Positions 51,751 to 64,000 of a DNA stretch of 64,000 bases are shown one piece after another (position 1 is the stretch's first letter; each line of letters opens with the position of its first letter). A program made the position numbers and the translations under genes. The notes beneath the pieces are model-generated. The model searched no databases, was not told the origin of the DNA, and was given only the letters and a program-made list of their open reading frames with translations. The stretch is from Tubiluchus corallicola (lineage: Eukaryota > Animalia > Priapulida), in NCBI GenBank assembly GCA_030141605.1, contig JAQGDQ010000027.1, positions 186,001-250,000 on the forward strand. Direction: 5' to 3'.

Positions 51751-52512
51751 TGTTGCCAGAACGCCAGGTACACAAACTCTACAGAAGTCACGTGACAAGA
51801 GCAGATAAGCCTCCTATAAAAGAGGAGTTTCAAGAGCAAAGTCAGCCGAATAAGCAGCCCTGCTGAATAAGCAACCCTGCTGAATAAGCAACACTGCTGA
51901 ATAAGCAGCCCTGTTGGATAAGCAGAAGGACTAAGTAGCTGTTCTTACTACCTGAACAAGGTAAGTGCTATGTACTGAGTCCAGTGCAGAAAATGCACAG
52001 GTTCTAGTAAGGTGCAGCATATGCACAGGACCAGTGTAGAAATACACAAGATTTAACTCTGTCAGGTAACCCTGCCAGGAGAGTCTCTGGCTTGGATAAA
52101 GCTAGTCATAGACCTGCTTCCATAGTCATAGATACTGAACAAGTATAGTGCCATACTGAATAAGTATAGTTATGCTGTTCTCTACTAGCGGAGCAGTGTT
52201 GTGTAGGCAGCAGGTTGGCATGTAAATATAGGGTGCTCCTGTCTTGAGTTGGTTGTACAATGTTAAACTCTAGGAGACCAGGGCAAGTGTACCAGAGAAA
52301 CCATAGATACGTGTAGTGCATTATGCTCATACATGAATTGAAATGCTCTGGCTAGATTTATATCTAATGCAAATTATAAAATTAAACATTTAACTTTGAC
52401 TTTGCTTTTGAATTATTCTGGTTGTACATTATGACAATACACCTACACATGAACAAACACACTGTCTCACTATAACTTGCTAAAAGTTAGCTTAATTGTA
52501 CACATGGATCCA
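51751..52512 (+). mobile_element. LTR-like cassette (possible solo LTR) with E-box, TATA box, tandem repeat, splice donor and poly(A) signal
   Basis: TGTTG start, GTCACGTGAC 51787-96, TATAAAAG 51815-22, AAG|GTAAGT 51960/61, ATTAAA 52381. A possible CA end at 52512 has CAATT on both flanks, which could be chance. Confidence 0.4.
51845..51925 (+). repeat. 17-bp tandem repeat (GCTGAATAAGCAGCCCT) x ~4.8
   Basis: Units at 51845, 51862, 51879, 51896 and 51913, head-to-tail with no spacers. Confidence 0.95.
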
Positions 52513-53109
52513 CAATTGTAAATTATTGTTGGTCTTCAAGACTGACAAATGTGAGTGTGTGCCACCATACCCCTAGACAAGCATACGTAACACCACTATG
52601 CACCAAGTGCACCACACTACAGTATTCATTTGTATTGTACCTTAAATACTGAACACTACTCACTTGTGTGAACTCTAGAGCTGCTCCTGGTCTATTACCA
52701 AATTTATTAGTTACATTTATTCATAGACATAGAATACACTTTGTAAGTGAGATTGATTCATAACAGTTTGACATACTTCAACCGAGCCCACCATAGATTG
52801 AACTGGGTTGCCCAAGGCTCGAAATGCCACATACCATCCTGGTTGGCAGTCAGGATACGTTTTCTAGTAGATTGATGTCCTTCATTTATAATATCGACCA
52901 TAATACAGTGCAACGAGTCCTCACTTGTTGCAATAATAATGCACTATTGCATTTCAGAATAGCCCGTCAAGCCTTTAAGTTAAATATCTCTAAACAAAAC
53001 AATGACAAGCCTTCCAAATGAATATGTAAAGCATAAAGTTGCATCCCACAAGCAAAAATCAACAATACTTAGTTGATAAATCAAACACTTTATAGGGTTA
53101 TTGTTTTTA

Positions 53110-53152
53110 GATATATATATACGTATATATATATAGAGAGAGAGAGAGACAG
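53110..53152. repeat. Compound (TA)n(GA)n microsatellite
   Basis: gatatatatatacgtatatatatatagagagagagagagacag. Confidence 0.85.
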
Positions 53153-53422
53153 ACATTCCATCTCCAGTAACTCACTTACCAAATAATTATCCAATAACTC
53201 ACGTACGATTCGTAATATTCCTGAATGCTGATACAGTTACGTTTACTGGTTGATACATTATATGGATCCTTAGGCAGTTGTGCATAGTACACATACAGGT
53301 AATACTGTGAGCTTACTAGAAATGTCAGAAAAACTTGGTTAATTATCGAGTCAAAATTTTGAAATAATTGCCCCATCATTAAGTTATATATATTTACATA
53401 TTTACCCAATAGGCTGGTGCAA

Positions 53423-53764
53423 TCTTATATATTATTTCGGTGGTATGTTATGTATGTGTATACATATATATATATGTAAGATTTGAGGTTACAGCTTCAA
53501 TGACATCACTATTTTCGGTGATCTATATATCAAACAAAGGGCCTCGATCTCATTGGGGTCTTATTTTTCTGGCCCACCGGGATGAACGGGGGCGAAAAAC
53601 CTCCAAAATTGGCCATTTTTCAGCTGTTTTTTGCAAAACTTTACCTCTTATTTCTGGAGAACGGGAATGGGTCAGGCATGGTGCTGATAATGGTTGCATA
53701 GTCCATTAAACAGTGGGTGTAGTAGGCATATTTATAATTCATGGGAGAGCCACGGCATCCCGTA
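53423..53764 (+). mobile_element. Non-autonomous Helitron-like element, copy B (inverted relative to copy A)
   Basis: Starts A|TCTTATATATTATTTC, internal (TA)n, ends gagagccacggcatcccgta. Its reverse complement aligns with 51352-51705. Confidence 0.6.
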
Positions 53765-54256
53765 ACAGGTGTTTTCCCTGACCCGAATCCCAATTTTTTT
53801 CAAAATTTTGACCAAACACCCTGCAGAAAAAACATTCCAGCACCGCCTGATGGGACTATCGGAAGGAGATATATGACTCTTTAGAAAGAAGAACAGGGCT
53901 ACACGATGATGTGGGCTACATTTTAGGACACCTCAACCAACAGGAGTGGCGACGAGTTAATTAGATGTTCCATTTTTGGCAATTCTCGCTTGGAAAACTG
54001 CTGACATTCTGCATGTTCTGATGTCATTACATTGCACTCTGTCTATAGCTTTATAACTTTAATTCAGTAAAAGCTGCTGCTGGTTTTGCATTATAAATGA
54101 GGACTATGTAGGATGTTTACACATTTTTGATTATATGTGTATTTATACACAAAGTTTTTTGCAGGGCCTTTGCTAGTTTATTAATTAATACATTAGTTTA
54201 TACAGCAATTGAATAACTTACACAAAAATTAATTTTTTCTCATATTTTCTTATTAG

Positions 54257-63739
<9,483 letters not shown>

Positions 63740-64000
63740 GTATTTGTGTAGACAAATGAGTTCATCTGTTGATATTTTAAATTTAGTCATGTTGGCTGTT
63801 TGGCCTGATTTTGTAACTTTTTAACAGACTGTAGTGTCTAATTTACATAAATGTTTGGTTTGAATTATGCTTATTATGTGTATGAAAAAAAGATTTGATT
63901 TAATCCTATTTAGATCTCATTTCCTTCCCAATGACAGTCAAACTAAACTGCCTAAACTGATTCCCCATGGTTTTCTTGACAGTTCTTCTGTAGAGTTTTC

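Noticed and set aside
51845-51925. CRISPR-like repeat array
   Set aside because: Units are contiguous with no unique spacers, there are no cas genes, and the context is eukaryotic.

Overview
AT-rich, intron-rich genomic DNA from an invertebrate animal (probably bilaterian; taxon not determinable), not a prokaryote. Four protein-coding genes can be reconstructed by hand. (1) A complete 33-exon teneurin on + (723-32493, ~2725 aa; all exon phases close). (2) SNRPD3/SmD3 on - (36617-37018) with an intronless CDS. (3) A CRACD/KIAA1211-family (DUF4592) gene on + (41537-44827) with a single 3.3-kb coding exon. (4) ABCE1/RLI1 on + from 54257, running off the window end. Introns and spacers hold non-autonomous TEs: piggyBac-, pogo/Tigger- and hAT-type MITEs, an inverted pair of Helitron-like elements, an LTR-like promoter cassette, tRNA-derived SINE heads, and decayed LINE and transposase fragments. 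No CRISPR, rRNA or intact tRNA was seen. The most interesting signals are regulatory and inferred: a candidate frame-shifting poison microexon in ABCE1, an alternative coding first exon, a symmetric YxxM-encoding microexon and a GC-AG intron in the teneurin intracellular domain, a TE-borne candidate alternative promoter for ABCE1, and an SxIP-like cluster in the CRACD-like protein. All family assignments come from motif recognition, not database searches.
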